Both the position numbers and the translations under genes were made by a program. Below are positions 39,248 through 48,981 of a stretch of 64,000 nt of DNA, piece after piece (position 1 is the stretch's first letter; every line of letters begins with the position of its first letter). Where the stretch lies: NCBI GenBank assembly GCA_963808235.1, contig CAWEEQ010000002.1, positions 160,001 to 224,000 of the forward strand, in the 5' to 3' direction. The notes under the pieces are model-generated. The model was given only the letters and a program-made list of their open reading frames with translations. It was not told the DNA's origin and made no database searches. The stretch comes from an uncultured delta proteobacterium (lineage in GTDB: Bacteria; Desulfobacterota; Binatia; Binatales; Binataceae).

Positions 39248-40573
39248 GTGGTCGATATAACAAGCAAAACTATTCGCGATCGAATTTTGGAACTGCGCCG
39301 GGTTGCCGCACGTGACCTGGTGCCCAATCCGAAAAATTGGCGGCGGCATCCAGCGCGCCAAGCAGCGGCGCTGCGCGGCCTTCTACAGGAAATCGGCTAC
39401 GCTGACGCGCTTCTAGCACGCGTATTGCCCGACGGCCGTCTGATGTTGATCGACGGTCACCTCCGCGCGGAGACCACGCCCGACCGATTGGTGCCTGTGC
39501 TGGTGCTCGACGTCGATGAAAACGAATCTCACAAGCTGCTGGCAACTCTCGATCCGCTGGCAGCGATGGCAGAGACCGACAAGCTCGCCTTCAAGGACCT
39601 GGCTGGTTTCGTCCAGACCGACAGCGCGGAGCTGCGCGAGCTGCTCGACGGCACGGCTGGTATCGCGAGGGAGACTCAACAGGACGCGATTCCCGCGCTT
39701 CCGGTAACCCCAGTGGCGCGGTTGGGCCAAATCTGGCAACTCGGCAAGCACCGCCTTCTATGCGGCGATTCTACGCGCCCGGGCGAAGTCGCGCGCCTGA
39801 TGGGCGAGGAACGGGCCGTCCTGTTCCAAACCGACCCTCCCTATGCCGTTGGCTACACCGGAGGGTCGCATCCGGCGACCAGAGCGAATCGCGGCAAGGC
39901 GAATCGAAACAAAGACTGGTCAGGCCAGTATCGCGAAGCGGCACCATCTCCGGATATCGAAAGCAACTCCGAACTCGGCCGCGAGTTCTATCTTCGATTC
40001 ATTATGGCCGCTATCGAACGCGCGATCGCGCCAAACGCAGCCTTTTACTGCTGGCACGCGAGCGCACGCCAGGCGATGCTCGAGGCGGTCTGGAACGAAG
40101 TCGGCGCGTTCATGCATCAGCAGATCATTTGGGTGAAGAGCCGGCCGGTACTGACTTATTCGATCTACATGTGGGCTCACGAGCCGTGCATGTTCGGCTG
40201 GATCAAGGGCCAGAAGCCCGAGGTCGAACGCAAGCAGGAAGGTGGGTATCCGTCTACGGTCTGGGAAGTTCCTAGTGCCGAGATCGAAACCAACGAGCAT
40301 CCGACCTCGAAACCGAATCGGCTCTTCGCGATCCCGATGGAGCTACACACAAGTCCGAATGACCTCTGTTACGAACCGTTTAGCGGCAGCGGGTCGCAGC
40401 TGATCGCGGCAGAGCAACTCGGTCGCCGCTGCTATGCGATCGAGCTGGAACCCCGCTTCGTCGACGTTGCGATCTCGCGATGGGAGAAACTGACCGGTCA
40501 GAAAGCTGAAGTGATTGGAGAGGAGGAGGTAGACGCGGATGAAGACACCAGGACCACCGCCAACACCGACTAA
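39248..40573 (+). CDS. ParB-like domain + N4/N6 DNA methyltransferase (phage type)
   Basis: PNPKNWRRH..IDGHLR (ParB-like); HRLLCGDS, TDPPY, HPTSKP and EPFSGSGS (beta-class MTase). Confidence 0.92.
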   Translation: MVDITSKTIRDRILELRRVAARDLVPNPKNWRRHPARQAAALRGLLQEIGYADALLARVLPDGRLMLIDGHLRAETTPDRLVPVLVLDVDENESHKLLATLDPLAAMAETDKLAFKDLAGFVQTDSAELRELLDGTAGIARETQQDAIPALPVTPVARLGQIWQLGKHRLLCGDSTRPGEVARLMGEERAVLFQTDPPYAVGYTGGSHPATRANRGKANRNKDWSGQYREAAPSPDIESNSELGREFYLRFIMAAIERAIAPNAAFYCWHASARQAMLEAVWNEVGAFMHQQIIWVKSRPVLTYSIYMWAHEPCMFGWIKGQKPEVERKQEGGYPSTVWEVPSAEIETNEHPTSKPNRLFAIPMELHTSPNDLCYEPFSGSGSQLIAAEQLGRRCYAIELEPRFVDVAISRWEKLTGQKAEVIGEEEVDADEDTRTTANTD

Positions 40574-41018
40574 TTTGAAGCTGCTTAGAGGGAACCCCGG
40601 CAAACGGAAGCTGAACGCGAATGAACCCGATCCTGCACCATCGATCCCGCCTTGCCCCAGTCATCTCGATAAAGTCGGCAAGAAAGAGTGGCGCAGAATC
40701 AGCAAGGAACTATTTGCGCTGGGGATAATCTCGAAGCTGGATCGCGCCGCACTCGGCGGTTACTGCGACGCGTACGGGCGGTGGGCGGAGGCGGCACTAC
40801 AAATTCAGAAATACGGTCTGGTTTTCAAATCGCCGAGCGGCTACCCGATGCCGTCGCCATATCTTGCGATTCTTCATACGGCGCTTGACCAAATGCGCGC
40901 TTTCCTCACTGAATTCGGATTGAGTCCCGCCTCGCGCTCGCGCGTGAAGGTCGCCAATCCCAAACAACGCGACCTGTTCAGCGATTTTCTCGATCTCGAT
41001 GACGAAGATGCGGGGTGA
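40539..41018 (+). CDS. terS: Phage terminase small subunit, P27 family
   Basis: GPPPTPT.LKLLRGNPGKR, EWRR, YCDAY and EFGLSPASRSRV motifs. Confidence 0.92.
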   Translation: MKTPGPPPTPTNLKLLRGNPGKRKLNANEPDPAPSIPPCPSHLDKVGKKEWRRISKELFALGIISKLDRAALGGYCDAYGRWAEAALQIQKYGLVFKSPSGYPMPSPYLAILHTALDQMRAFLTEFGLSPASRSRVKVANPKQRDLFSDFLDLDDEDAG

Positions 41019-41208
41019 AACCGATTATTCACGCGATGAGCGCGCCTCGGGTCTATCTTTGGGCTGTTGCTCATTGTTCCCTTGTCAGAATTGCAGCTGG
41101 CCGAGAAGCGAATTCGAAGCTACTGCCACTTCGTCAGCTGAGGAATCCGTGCCGGGAGTGGTTTCTCGCCGCCATGAAAGGCAACGGGCGCAGAGGCTCT
41201 TCTAAATT

Positions 41209-42540
41209 GTGAAGCGACTATCCTATAAAGGTGAGCGAATGAAGGCGTTTCGTCCATATGTCGGCAGCTTGCACGAGCTTCTGAAACGGTCGACGCGCCT
41301 ACCGGCCCAGATCAATTCCAAAGCGGATATCGAGGCCGCACTAGACGGACAGCCAGCAGCCGAATTACGCCGCTGCGTTTCCGTAAAGCGCCTTCGCGCT
41401 GCGGGCGCTTTCTTTACCGGCTCGGCCATGGCTCACCGCGCGATTGCGGCCGCCGGTCTTTCGCAGCTGAAGCGCGATGCAACCGTGTTGGATCCAGCCT
41501 GCGGCGTCGGCGACCTACTCGTGGCTCTGGTCGAGCATTTGCCCCGATCCAACGATTTCCTTTCCACTCTCTCCGATTGGGGCGGTCGGATATTGGGCCG
41601 CGACGTTCAGGCGGAGTTTGTTAAGGCAACCAAACTTCGACTTGCGCTCGCAGCAATTGGCGCGGAACCGCTTCGGCGCGCCCTTCAGCTGCCGAGAATC
41701 CGCGAGCTCTTTCCAGGAATCACCGCGGGTTCAAGTTTGACCGGCGACGACAGTTTTGGAGCGGCTTCGTACATTCTCATAAATCCTCCCTTCACCCAGG
41801 TTCCCGCTCCCGCGGATTGCGCATGGGGTTCGGGAAAAGTGAATTCCGCCGCGTTGTTCCTGGACGCATGCGTGACTCGATCCGAGCCAGGAACTCGTAT
41901 CGTCGCAATTCTTCCAGACGTTCTTCGAAGTGGCTCGCGCTACGAGAGGTGGCGAAGCCTCTTTCAACGTCGCGTTGATCTTAGCAAAGTCGAAATCGTC
42001 GGCCGATTTGACCGCTACGCCGACGTTGATGTTTTCATAGCCGTTGGAACCATCAGAAAGAAAATAAGTGCGACCGGTAAGGCGAATTGGACTCCATCTG
42101 AGAAAGACAACGGGAGTACTATCGGTGAACGGTTTGATGTATCTGTGGGCGCCGTAGTGTCTTATCGAGATCCACGTCGCGGACCGTGGCATCCGTTTAT
42201 TCAGGCGCGCGGAATACCCGCTTGGGATGTGGTGAGCTCTATATCAGACCACCGCAGGTTTAGGGGAAGAACATTTAAGCCCCCGTTTGTCGTCGTCAGA
42301 CGCACTTCTAGGCCGGGAGACAAACATAGAGCAGTGGGCACCCTCATCCGGGGACAGAGTTCAGTTGCAGTGGAAAACCATTTGTTAGTTCTCAAGCCGA
42401 ACGACGGTACCTTGGCAACGTGTCGCCGACTGCTAGCTCTACTTCAGCAGAACGGGACGACTGATATGCTCGACAGGCGCATCCGCTGCCGGCATTTGAC
42501 CGTATCGTCGCTGCGCGAATTGCCTTGGAGAGACGCGTGA
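41209..42540 (+). CDS. N6-adenine DNA methyltransferase (gamma class) with C-terminal TRD
   Basis: GAFFT, LDPACGVG (motif I), INPPF (motif IV) and a C-terminal FVVVRRTSRP segment. Confidence 0.88.
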   Translation: MKRLSYKGERMKAFRPYVGSLHELLKRSTRLPAQINSKADIEAALDGQPAAELRRCVSVKRLRAAGAFFTGSAMAHRAIAAAGLSQLKRDATVLDPACGVGDLLVALVEHLPRSNDFLSTLSDWGGRILGRDVQAEFVKATKLRLALAAIGAEPLRRALQLPRIRELFPGITAGSSLTGDDSFGAASYILINPPFTQVPAPADCAWGSGKVNSAALFLDACVTRSEPGTRIVAILPDVLRSGSRYERWRSLFQRRVDLSKVEIVGRFDRYADVDVFIAVGTIRKKISATGKANWTPSEKDNGSTIGERFDVSVGAVVSYRDPRRGPWHPFIQARGIPAWDVVSSISDHRRFRGRTFKPPFVVVRRTSRPGDKHRAVGTLIRGQSSVAVENHLLVLKPNDGTLATCRRLLALLQQNGTTDMLDRRIRCRHLTVSSLRELPWRDA

Positions 42541-43712
42541 CGAATACCTCAGCGGCCCTCAGATTTTCGCCAGACATTTTGAGACGCTTGGGTGAAGAGC
42601 TCAACCCGAGCCTCGACCAAAGTATTCTTGAACTCGTTAAGAATTCGTTTGACGCGGACGCTAGAGACTGCGCCATTGTTTTGAAGAAGACGGACAGCCC
42701 GGGCGGGTCTATTGAAATTTCCGACAACGGCGACGGAATGGACGCCGAAGGAATCTTGAACGGATGGTTAATTCTTGGGCATTCAAGTCGAAACCCAGAG
42801 CAACGCACCCGTCTAAACAGGGTTCCGGCGGGCAGTAAGGGTTTGGGGAGGCTGGCCGCCCTTCGGCTCGGCGGCGCCGCGACTCTCAGAAGCCGACCCA
42901 AAGGAGATGCAAAGCGAGAATATCGTCTGCGAATCGATTGGTCGCGCTACGATGCCGCCCCCGTAGTCGAAGATGTACCGCTATCAGTTGAGGAACTTGC
43001 CAGACCTATTGGCAGCTCGGATGGCACCGACATCACGATTGAAAATCTCCACGCGACCGTCAGCCGTGCCGAAGTCAAACGGCTCGCGCGATCGCTCATC
43101 CTGCTCGCTGATCCTTTCGACGATAATCCAGAAGGCTTCAAGCCAGTCCTGCAGGCTCCCGAATTTTCAGACTTGGAGGCTGTTGTAGAAGCTCGCTACT
43201 TTAAAGATGCGGAGCTTCATTTGATTGCTACCGTCGACAGGAATGGTCGGGCACAAGCTAAAATAGTTGATTGGAAGGGCAAGGCGCTCTTCACTGCGAA
43301 GCACCGGGACATGAGCAACCGCGGAGAAGACCTCCGCTACAAATGCCCCGAAGCGACCTTCGACCTCTGGGCCTTCATTCTCAACGCCGATACTTTTGCC
43401 ACTCGGACCTCAACCATTGATGAAGTGCGCGAATGGTTGAAGTTCTTTGGCGGAGTTCACCTTTACCAGAATGGGTTACGCGTAAGCCCCTATGGGAATC
43501 CAGGAAACGACTGGCTCGACATGAACCTTAGACGGTCGCAGAGCCCTGAAGAGAGGCCTTCGACTAATAACTCTATCGGTAGAGTTTCTATTCAGGAGAC
43601 TGAGGGACTCTTGGTCCAGAAGACCGATCGCTCAGGCTTTATCGAGGGTGACTCCTTCATTGAGCTCAAACGCTTCGCTACAGACGCGCTCGAATGGATG
43701 GCACGACGTTGA
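42537..43712 (+). CDS. GHKL (MORC/Hsp90-like) ATPase; N-terminal part of an ATPase-histidine kinase fusion ending at an in-frame TGA
   Basis: ELVKNSFDA, DNGDGM, GSKGLGRLA, GT and GV.LYQNGLRV.PYG..DWL; GTGA overlap with the MTase stop. Confidence 0.88.
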   Translation: MTNTSAALRFSPDILRRLGEELNPSLDQSILELVKNSFDADARDCAIVLKKTDSPGGSIEISDNGDGMDAEGILNGWLILGHSSRNPEQRTRLNRVPAGSKGLGRLAALRLGGAATLRSRPKGDAKREYRLRIDWSRYDAAPVVEDVPLSVEELARPIGSSDGTDITIENLHATVSRAEVKRLARSLILLADPFDDNPEGFKPVLQAPEFSDLEAVVEARYFKDAELHLIATVDRNGRAQAKIVDWKGKALFTAKHRDMSNRGEDLRYKCPEATFDLWAFILNADTFATRTSTIDEVREWLKFFGGVHLYQNGLRVSPYGNPGNDWLDMNLRRSQSPEERPSTNNSIGRVSIQETEGLLVQKTDRSGFIEGDSFIELKRFATDALEWMARR

Positions 43713-44609
43713 ATGCGCGAGGCCCAGAAGAGGCGCGGCAAGGAACGGCGCGAAACCCCTCAGCGATCAACCGAGGCCAAACTCAAGATAAAGGAGGCGA
43801 TCAAACGTCTTCCCGGCAAAAAGGGCCAAGCCGTCGAACAAGCATTCGACAAGTACGAGAGTTTTCGTGACAAGGAGGTTAAGACATTACGTAAAGAGGT
43901 ATTGCTCTACAGGACTCTGAGCACCGCTGGAATCACGGCTGCGACCTTTGCTCACGAGTCAGCGGGCAATCCTATCAAGGCGATTGACCAGGCGGCCAAG
44001 TCTGTGCAGAGGCGAGCGCGGAAAGAGTTGGGAGAGAAATATGATCAGCTCCTTTCGGAGCCCATAGATTTGATCATCCGCTCCACGGATGCGTTGAAGG
44101 TGTTAGGAAACGTAACGTTTAGTCTACTGGACCATGAAAAGCGGCGCTCTTCTCGAGTTGAAGTCCATAAGGTAATCGAATCGGTGATAAGAACATACAA
44201 GCCGTTCACTCAAGAACGCGACGTTAAGATTGTACCTCGACTCGCTAGTGGGAATCCGTATCTGAGAGGAAGCGAAGCGGCCATCGAATCGATTGTCACA
44301 AATTTCCTAAACAATAGTCTAGTCTGGTTCGAGAAGGTGCATGAGAAAAAGCGCGAGATTCTGATCCGTACCGAAACCACGAACAGCACTCTAAAGTTGG
44401 AATTCGCTGATAGTGGGCCTGGAATAGAAGGAATCGATGTCGAAGACGTTTGGCTCCCGGGGGAGACAACCCGACCAAACGGTACCGGATTGGGCCTCGC
44501 AATTGTTCATGACACCGTCGAGGATCTGGGAGGTAGTGTTAAAGCTTTCCCTCGCGGTGAATTGGGCGGGGCCACGTTCTTAGTTGAAATACCGATCTTG
44601 GGGACGTGA
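43713..44609 (+). CDS. Histidine kinase (phospho-His + HATPase_c), same frame as the upstream ATPase
   Basis: FAHES H-box, NFLNNS N-box, DSGPGI and GTGLGL. The ATG immediately follows the upstream TGA. Confidence 0.88.
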   Translation: MREAQKRRGKERRETPQRSTEAKLKIKEAIKRLPGKKGQAVEQAFDKYESFRDKEVKTLRKEVLLYRTLSTAGITAATFAHESAGNPIKAIDQAAKSVQRRARKELGEKYDQLLSEPIDLIIRSTDALKVLGNVTFSLLDHEKRRSSRVEVHKVIESVIRTYKPFTQERDVKIVPRLASGNPYLRGSEAAIESIVTNFLNNSLVWFEKVHEKKREILIRTETTNSTLKLEFADSGPGIEGIDVEDVWLPGETTRPNGTGLGLAIVHDTVEDLGGSVKAFPRGELGGATFLVEIPILGT

Positions 44610-44610
44610 A

Positions 44611-45285
44611 ATGTCAAGAACAATTCTCGGCCAAGAAATTTCACGCGTGAAAATCATTGATGACGACCCAGCCGCAAGAGGCGCGATGGTATTCACAGTG
44701 ACCGACGCGGATTTTCTGGCCCTGCCCGACGATGGTCCTCTGCCGAAGCTGGAAGAGTTTGTCCAAAGTGCCAAACAGTCGGTGGATGCTGTCGTATGCG
44801 ATCACCGCCTCAAAGGCACTTACGCAAAGTTTAATGGAGCGGAGGCGGCAGCGCACCTTTACAAAGAAAAGTGCCCGGCCGTGCTGTGCACGCGCTGGAA
44901 CACAGCCGACATCGATGCAATGCGCCAGTACCTTCGGTACATTCCATCTCTTCTATCAACCGACAATGTGGACCCCGAAACCATCGCCGGTGGGATTGCT
45001 CGATGCATCCAGGAGTTCAACAATGACCCCCCTCCAAGCCGAAAGCCTTGGCGTACTCTCCTTGCGGTAGAATCGGTGGCCTCAGACCTGCTTCCGCCTT
45101 TGTTTTATGTTGCGATCCCTGGTTGGGACTCAAAGGAAATCGTACGTTTGCAGCTCGATCTCATTCCCGAGGATCAAAGATTTCGAGTTCAACCTGGATA
45201 TCGTTTCTTCGCAGCTGTGAACAAGGGAGCAGAGCGCCCTGAAGAACTGTTCTTTTCAGACTTCGAGTTTCCGAAGAAGGGGTGA
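44611..45285 (+). CDS. Atypical response regulator: receiver + small C-terminal beta-rich domain
   Basis: IIDDD, VCDHRL (phospho-Asp), NGAE and VLCT; no HTH output domain. Confidence 0.8.
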   Translation: MSRTILGQEISRVKIIDDDPAARGAMVFTVTDADFLALPDDGPLPKLEEFVQSAKQSVDAVVCDHRLKGTYAKFNGAEAAAHLYKEKCPAVLCTRWNTADIDAMRQYLRYIPSLLSTDNVDPETIAGGIARCIQEFNNDPPPSRKPWRTLLAVESVASDLLPPLFYVAIPGWDSKEIVRLQLDLIPEDQRFRVQPGYRFFAAVNKGAERPEELFFSDFEFPKKG

Positions 45286-46274
45286 TGCCAATGGGCGAGC
45301 CGACCCTCTCGATTCTAGATGTGGGCCACGGAAACTGCGCCGTTCTCGTCGACGACAAAGTCGTAGTGATTGATGCAGGCCCCGGAACAACTCTGTTGGA
45401 GTTTCTGGAGAGGGAAGGAATTAAAGAAGTCAGTGTAGTGCTTGTCTCTCACGCTGACGAAGATCACGTCAAAGGGTTGGTAGGCTTGGTCGAGTCTCAA
45501 GCCGTCACTATTAGCACCATCCACGTCAATTCCGACGCCATCAAAGAGTCGGCGACGTGGAGTCACCTAGCGTATTTGTTGGATGAGGAAAACAAGGCGG
45601 GACATATACGGTTCGAGGTCGGCCTGACGACGAATCACTCGGATCAATTCAGTACAGCGTCGATCACCGTGGAAATCCTAGCGCCCTCTCCAGGCATCGT
45701 GATGAAGGGTGTGGGCAGTCACGATCATAAGGGCAGAAAACTGACTAGCAACACCATGAGCGCGGTGGTGCGTCTGCTACGAGAAGGTACCCCTCTCGTA
45801 CTGCTTCCAGGCGATCTTGATGAGACCGGCTTAGAAAACTTAATAGAGTCCGGTCGGGACCTGCACGCTGCGATAGCTATCTTTCCCCATCATGGCGGAG
45901 GATCGGCCGGTAGCGATCTGTCCCAATTCGCTTCGACATTCTGCTCAGCAACCACTGCGCGAATCTTAATCTTTTCGATAGGCCGAGGCAGATATGGGAC
46001 GCCTCGGCCGGAAATCATCGCCGCCGCGCGCGCTCATTCGACCAACCTGCGCGTACGCTGTACTCAACTTTCCGAACACTGCGCGAGTGAATTGCCCAAG
46101 TCCGACCCGACTCATTTGACCGACAAGATTTCCAGAGGCCGGGAGCTACGCAAGTGTTGTGCTGGTACACTCGTACTGAACCTAGGAAAAAATCCTGTTC
46201 TTCTTCCGATGGCAGAAGCACATCTGCAGTTCATTTCGGACTCAGCACCGTCCGCTCTTTGCACGAAGTCTTAA
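45282..46274 (+). CDS. ComEC/Rec2-type MBL-fold nuclease-like protein (soluble)
   Basis: LDVGHGNC, IDAG, SHADEDH, LPGD, PHHGG and SIG..YGTP motifs; Cys-rich tail; GTGA overlap with the regulator. Confidence 0.85.
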   Translation: MMPMGEPTLSILDVGHGNCAVLVDDKVVVIDAGPGTTLLEFLEREGIKEVSVVLVSHADEDHVKGLVGLVESQAVTISTIHVNSDAIKESATWSHLAYLLDEENKAGHIRFEVGLTTNHSDQFSTASITVEILAPSPGIVMKGVGSHDHKGRKLTSNTMSAVVRLLREGTPLVLLPGDLDETGLENLIESGRDLHAAIAIFPHHGGGSAGSDLSQFASTFCSATTARILIFSIGRGRYGTPRPEIIAAARAHSTNLRVRCTQLSEHCASELPKSDPTHLTDKISRGRELRKCCAGTLVLNLGKNPVLLPMAEAHLQFISDSAPSALCTKS

Positions 46275-46366
46275 GCGGCCTCTCAGTGAGGAAGCGCAAG
46301 CAGCGTCAATCCGCACCAAGATTACTGAGAAGGGCTCAAAGATCGAGGCCGGTCCCGAAGTGCTCG

Positions 46367-46663
46367 TTAGGCAAGCGCGACCGACGCACGCGCGCCAAGC
46401 GATGGGAGTAGCCGGACGAAGATATTGACTACGCGGCGAAGGATCTGGATCGTTCGGACGTAGTCAACCCGCGCGAAGTTGGCATAGTCAGCGAAGTCTT
46501 CGCCGTCGTCAGTGACTACTTGCGGCGGAGCGACCCCATCCCATGGCAGCTTGCCCACTTCACCGATTTCCTGATCCGTCATAGGACTTACAGTTCCGCT
46601 CTCGTTGAGGTCAGTAAAGAGGTTCCATCTCAGCGCCGGCGCGCGGAGCTGACCTTTGGCCAT
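46367..46663 (-). CDS. Hypothetical protein or gene fragment
   Basis: Open frame with protein-like composition; no motif recognised. Confidence 0.3.
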   Translation of the reverse strand: MAKGQLRAPALRWNLFTDLNESGTVSPMTDQEIGEVGKLPWDGVAPPQVVTDDGEDFADYANFARVDYVRTIQILRRVVNIFVRLLPSLGARASVALA

Positions 46664-46780
46664 TCCCGGACAACATCGCCTCGCCCTCCGGCAGTGACAT
46701 AGTCGTCTTCATCGTGTGGTCTAGGCTTGGCACGCCGCTGCCTGAGAAGACGGCGCTGATCCTCGGTGAAAAACCGTCTC

Positions 46781-48265
46781 TCACTTTCCGGCGCTCTCGC
46801 CGTCGGCCTTCAGGTCGGCGAGGAGATTTTGGTAGACCTGCGACTGATCGAGAATTTCGCCGGCAGCCTGCTCGAGTCGCTGAATGTCTTCGTCCGGCAG
46901 TTGCAAAGTCGTTGGTATCGCCTGGAGCGCGGCGCGCTCTGCAGGCTTGCTGATCGCTCCGAATTGGACATGAATTTCGTAGTACTTGGGAACCCGCGGG
47001 CGGAATGCGTCCGTCGCGTTAAGTGCGAGGTAACATTGCTGCTGATGATCTTGTTGACAGCTATGGCCGCTCGACCCTTGGCATAGCTCACTGGCGAGAT
47101 TATCGCAGTCCGACTTTCTCGTCTGGTAATCTTCCAAGGCCTTTCGCTGCTCTTCGATAAAAAGCCGCAACGACTCGATGGTATCGAATGAGTAGTTGTC
47201 AATCGGGTTGGTGGCTGACGCCTCGAGCACGGTCGTGAACAGTGGCCGTCGCGAAGACTGATCGATCGCGCCTAGGCTCCCAGACTTGGCGTCGACGACG
47301 ATCATGACCACGCGTTCCACCTGCTTCTTATCCAGCACGTGCCAAGGCGAATCGGTGCTGCTAAGCGAGACTTCGGGCCCGCGAAGTCCGATGTTATCAG
47401 CGATTCCGCCGTCGCTCAGATGGATGTACGGCCGCGCAGCTGAGTCTTCATATGACGTCCAGATCTCGGCACGATGGAAGCGCGTCGGATTGAGCTCGAA
47501 GTCCTGCAGGGCGCCGGTGACCAATAGCGGCCTGCTGGATCCGCACTCCCGCTGCCCGTAGTTCTTCAACGTGATCGGAGTGAACGCAACCGGGAACGCC
47601 GATGAAGCCAACACCCCGCGAGCGACCGGAATTCCCTGAAGATCGGAACAGATAAGATCGAAATCGTCCTGGCTGAAACTGAATCCGGCTCCCGTCGTGA
47701 GGTCGGTGGCGTTGAGAATCACGTATGGACGGCGGCGGGGCATGTCGGCATAGGTACGGCCGTCGAAGATGTAATCGTTGTAGTACTTCTCTGCCAAATC
47801 GCTTCGACCGTACAGCAGCATGTCAGGCCAGTTCCACGGTGCGGCGATTCTGAGCAGAACATCACGTTCGATCTGCCGCTCCAGAACATCGCGGTGGAAG
47901 TCTTGTAGGAATTTGTCCTTGCCGAAGAGCCCCAGGTAAGCCGCGGCGAAGCTCCCTCCTGAAACCGATGAAATCACATCGACTTCATCGAGCAGCGTCG
48001 TACCGCTGCGGTCGAGTTTTACGCGGCTCATGTGCTCAGCCACGCCATAGGCCAGCGCGGCTGCCCGAGTGCCGCCGCCGGACATGGTAACGATGATGAA
48101 GTTCTTTTCGGTGTTGTTCGCTGGTGTTTCGGTCAGGTTGCGGTAACGATATCCGCGCTTGGCAGCGAGGTCGTCTCGCGAGAGGGGCGGGTTGACCCGA
48201 TATAGCCCGCAAGCAGTGACAAAAAAGACTACGAAAACCGCGGCACTGATCGCGAGTCGCCTCAT
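46781..48265 (-). CDS. Patatin-like phospholipase, lipoprotein
   Basis: Lipobox VTAC; SGGGTRAA, SSVSGGS nucleophile elbow, ASSAFP and DGG motifs. Confidence 0.9.
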   Translation of the reverse strand: MRRLAISAAVFVVFFVTACGLYRVNPPLSRDDLAAKRGYRYRNLTETPANNTEKNFIIVTMSGGGTRAAALAYGVAEHMSRVKLDRSGTTLLDEVDVISSVSGGSFAAAYLGLFGKDKFLQDFHRDVLERQIERDVLLRIAAPWNWPDMLLYGRSDLAEKYYNDYIFDGRTYADMPRRRPYVILNATDLTTGAGFSFSQDDFDLICSDLQGIPVARGVLASSAFPVAFTPITLKNYGQRECGSSRPLLVTGALQDFELNPTRFHRAEIWTSYEDSAARPYIHLSDGGIADNIGLRGPEVSLSSTDSPWHVLDKKQVERVVMIVVDAKSGSLGAIDQSSRRPLFTTVLEASATNPIDNYSFDTIESLRLFIEEQRKALEDYQTRKSDCDNLASELCQGSSGHSCQQDHQQQCYLALNATDAFRPRVPKYYEIHVQFGAISKPAERAALQAIPTTLQLPDEDIQRLEQAAGEILDQSQVYQNLLADLKADGESAGK

Positions 48266-48483
48266 TAGACTTTGGTGAAGACAATTTTCATCGGATTGGC
48301 CGGTATCGTCCCCGTTACCCTGCACCAGTCGGTCGCTGGCCGGTAGTTGAGCGGCTGCCCGAGATTGAAATAATGAGTGCCTTCCTCGAGTTCAAACATT
48401 TCGTTTGTGGTCGCGACCGAGTCATCGCCGTCGTCGACGAACACGTCGCGGGCGTCTGTAAACTCAACGATGACATACTCCAT
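48265..48483 (-). CDS. Small beta-rich (PEGA-like) protein
   Basis: VFVDD..TN..FELEEGTHYF; TAATG coupling with the patatin gene. Confidence 0.6.
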   Translation of the reverse strand: MEYVIVEFTDARDVFVDDGDDSVATTNEMFELEEGTHYFNLGQPLNYRPATDWCRVTGTIPANPMKIVFTKV

Positions 48484-48981
48484 AGGTCGTCCCCCGCCGA
48501 AACGCGATTCTGCCAACGGCGCGTGCCAAAGACAATCTCCGATTCAGCGCCGCGAGTTCAGCTGCTAGTAGGCGGTCGAGCCTCCGCGGTAGCGGCTAGC
48601 CTTTGCGACCGCCAACGCGGACCTACCTCGCTGGCCCTCGAAGTCCTTCCTGAATCGTATCCGCTCAACTTGACCCGCAGTCAGTCCACATCGTCTTGCT
48701 ATCTCATCGTAAGAGATTCAAGCAGCGTTTGATTTCTCAGGCGGCGGCGATTGGGCTTAGTGCTCGTTCGGCGCTGTGGGCCGCCGTTGTCGAGCGTAGT
48801 CGAAGCGCCATGCGTCGACGGTCGTCGCGTGTTTCGAATCCCGATCGGCTGAGTCCCAAGCCGCGAATCAGTCTAGTTCATCGAATAGCTTCTCCGCTCG
48901 CGGCTCAAACTCGCCCTATCGACGGTTCGGTCGCGTCCACAGTGCCGCCGTAGGGTATCGATCGTAAACTGGCTCGACCCT

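Larger units (their letters stand above)
35168..41018. mobile_element. Phage-derived integrated element core (satellite-like or decayed prophage); cargo probably extends rightwards
   Basis: int, Zn-finger regulator, xis, rep, loader-like gene, cos-like site, ParB-MTase and terS. No terL, portal, capsid or tail genes follow. Confidence 0.75.

Noticed and set aside
43710-43712. TGA as selenocysteine
   Set aside because: It lies in an Arg-rich linker with no redox motif and no downstream SECIS-like hairpin.
45282-46274. Competence gene comEC
   Set aside because: It lacks the transmembrane competence domain and any competence context; only the soluble MBL domain is present.
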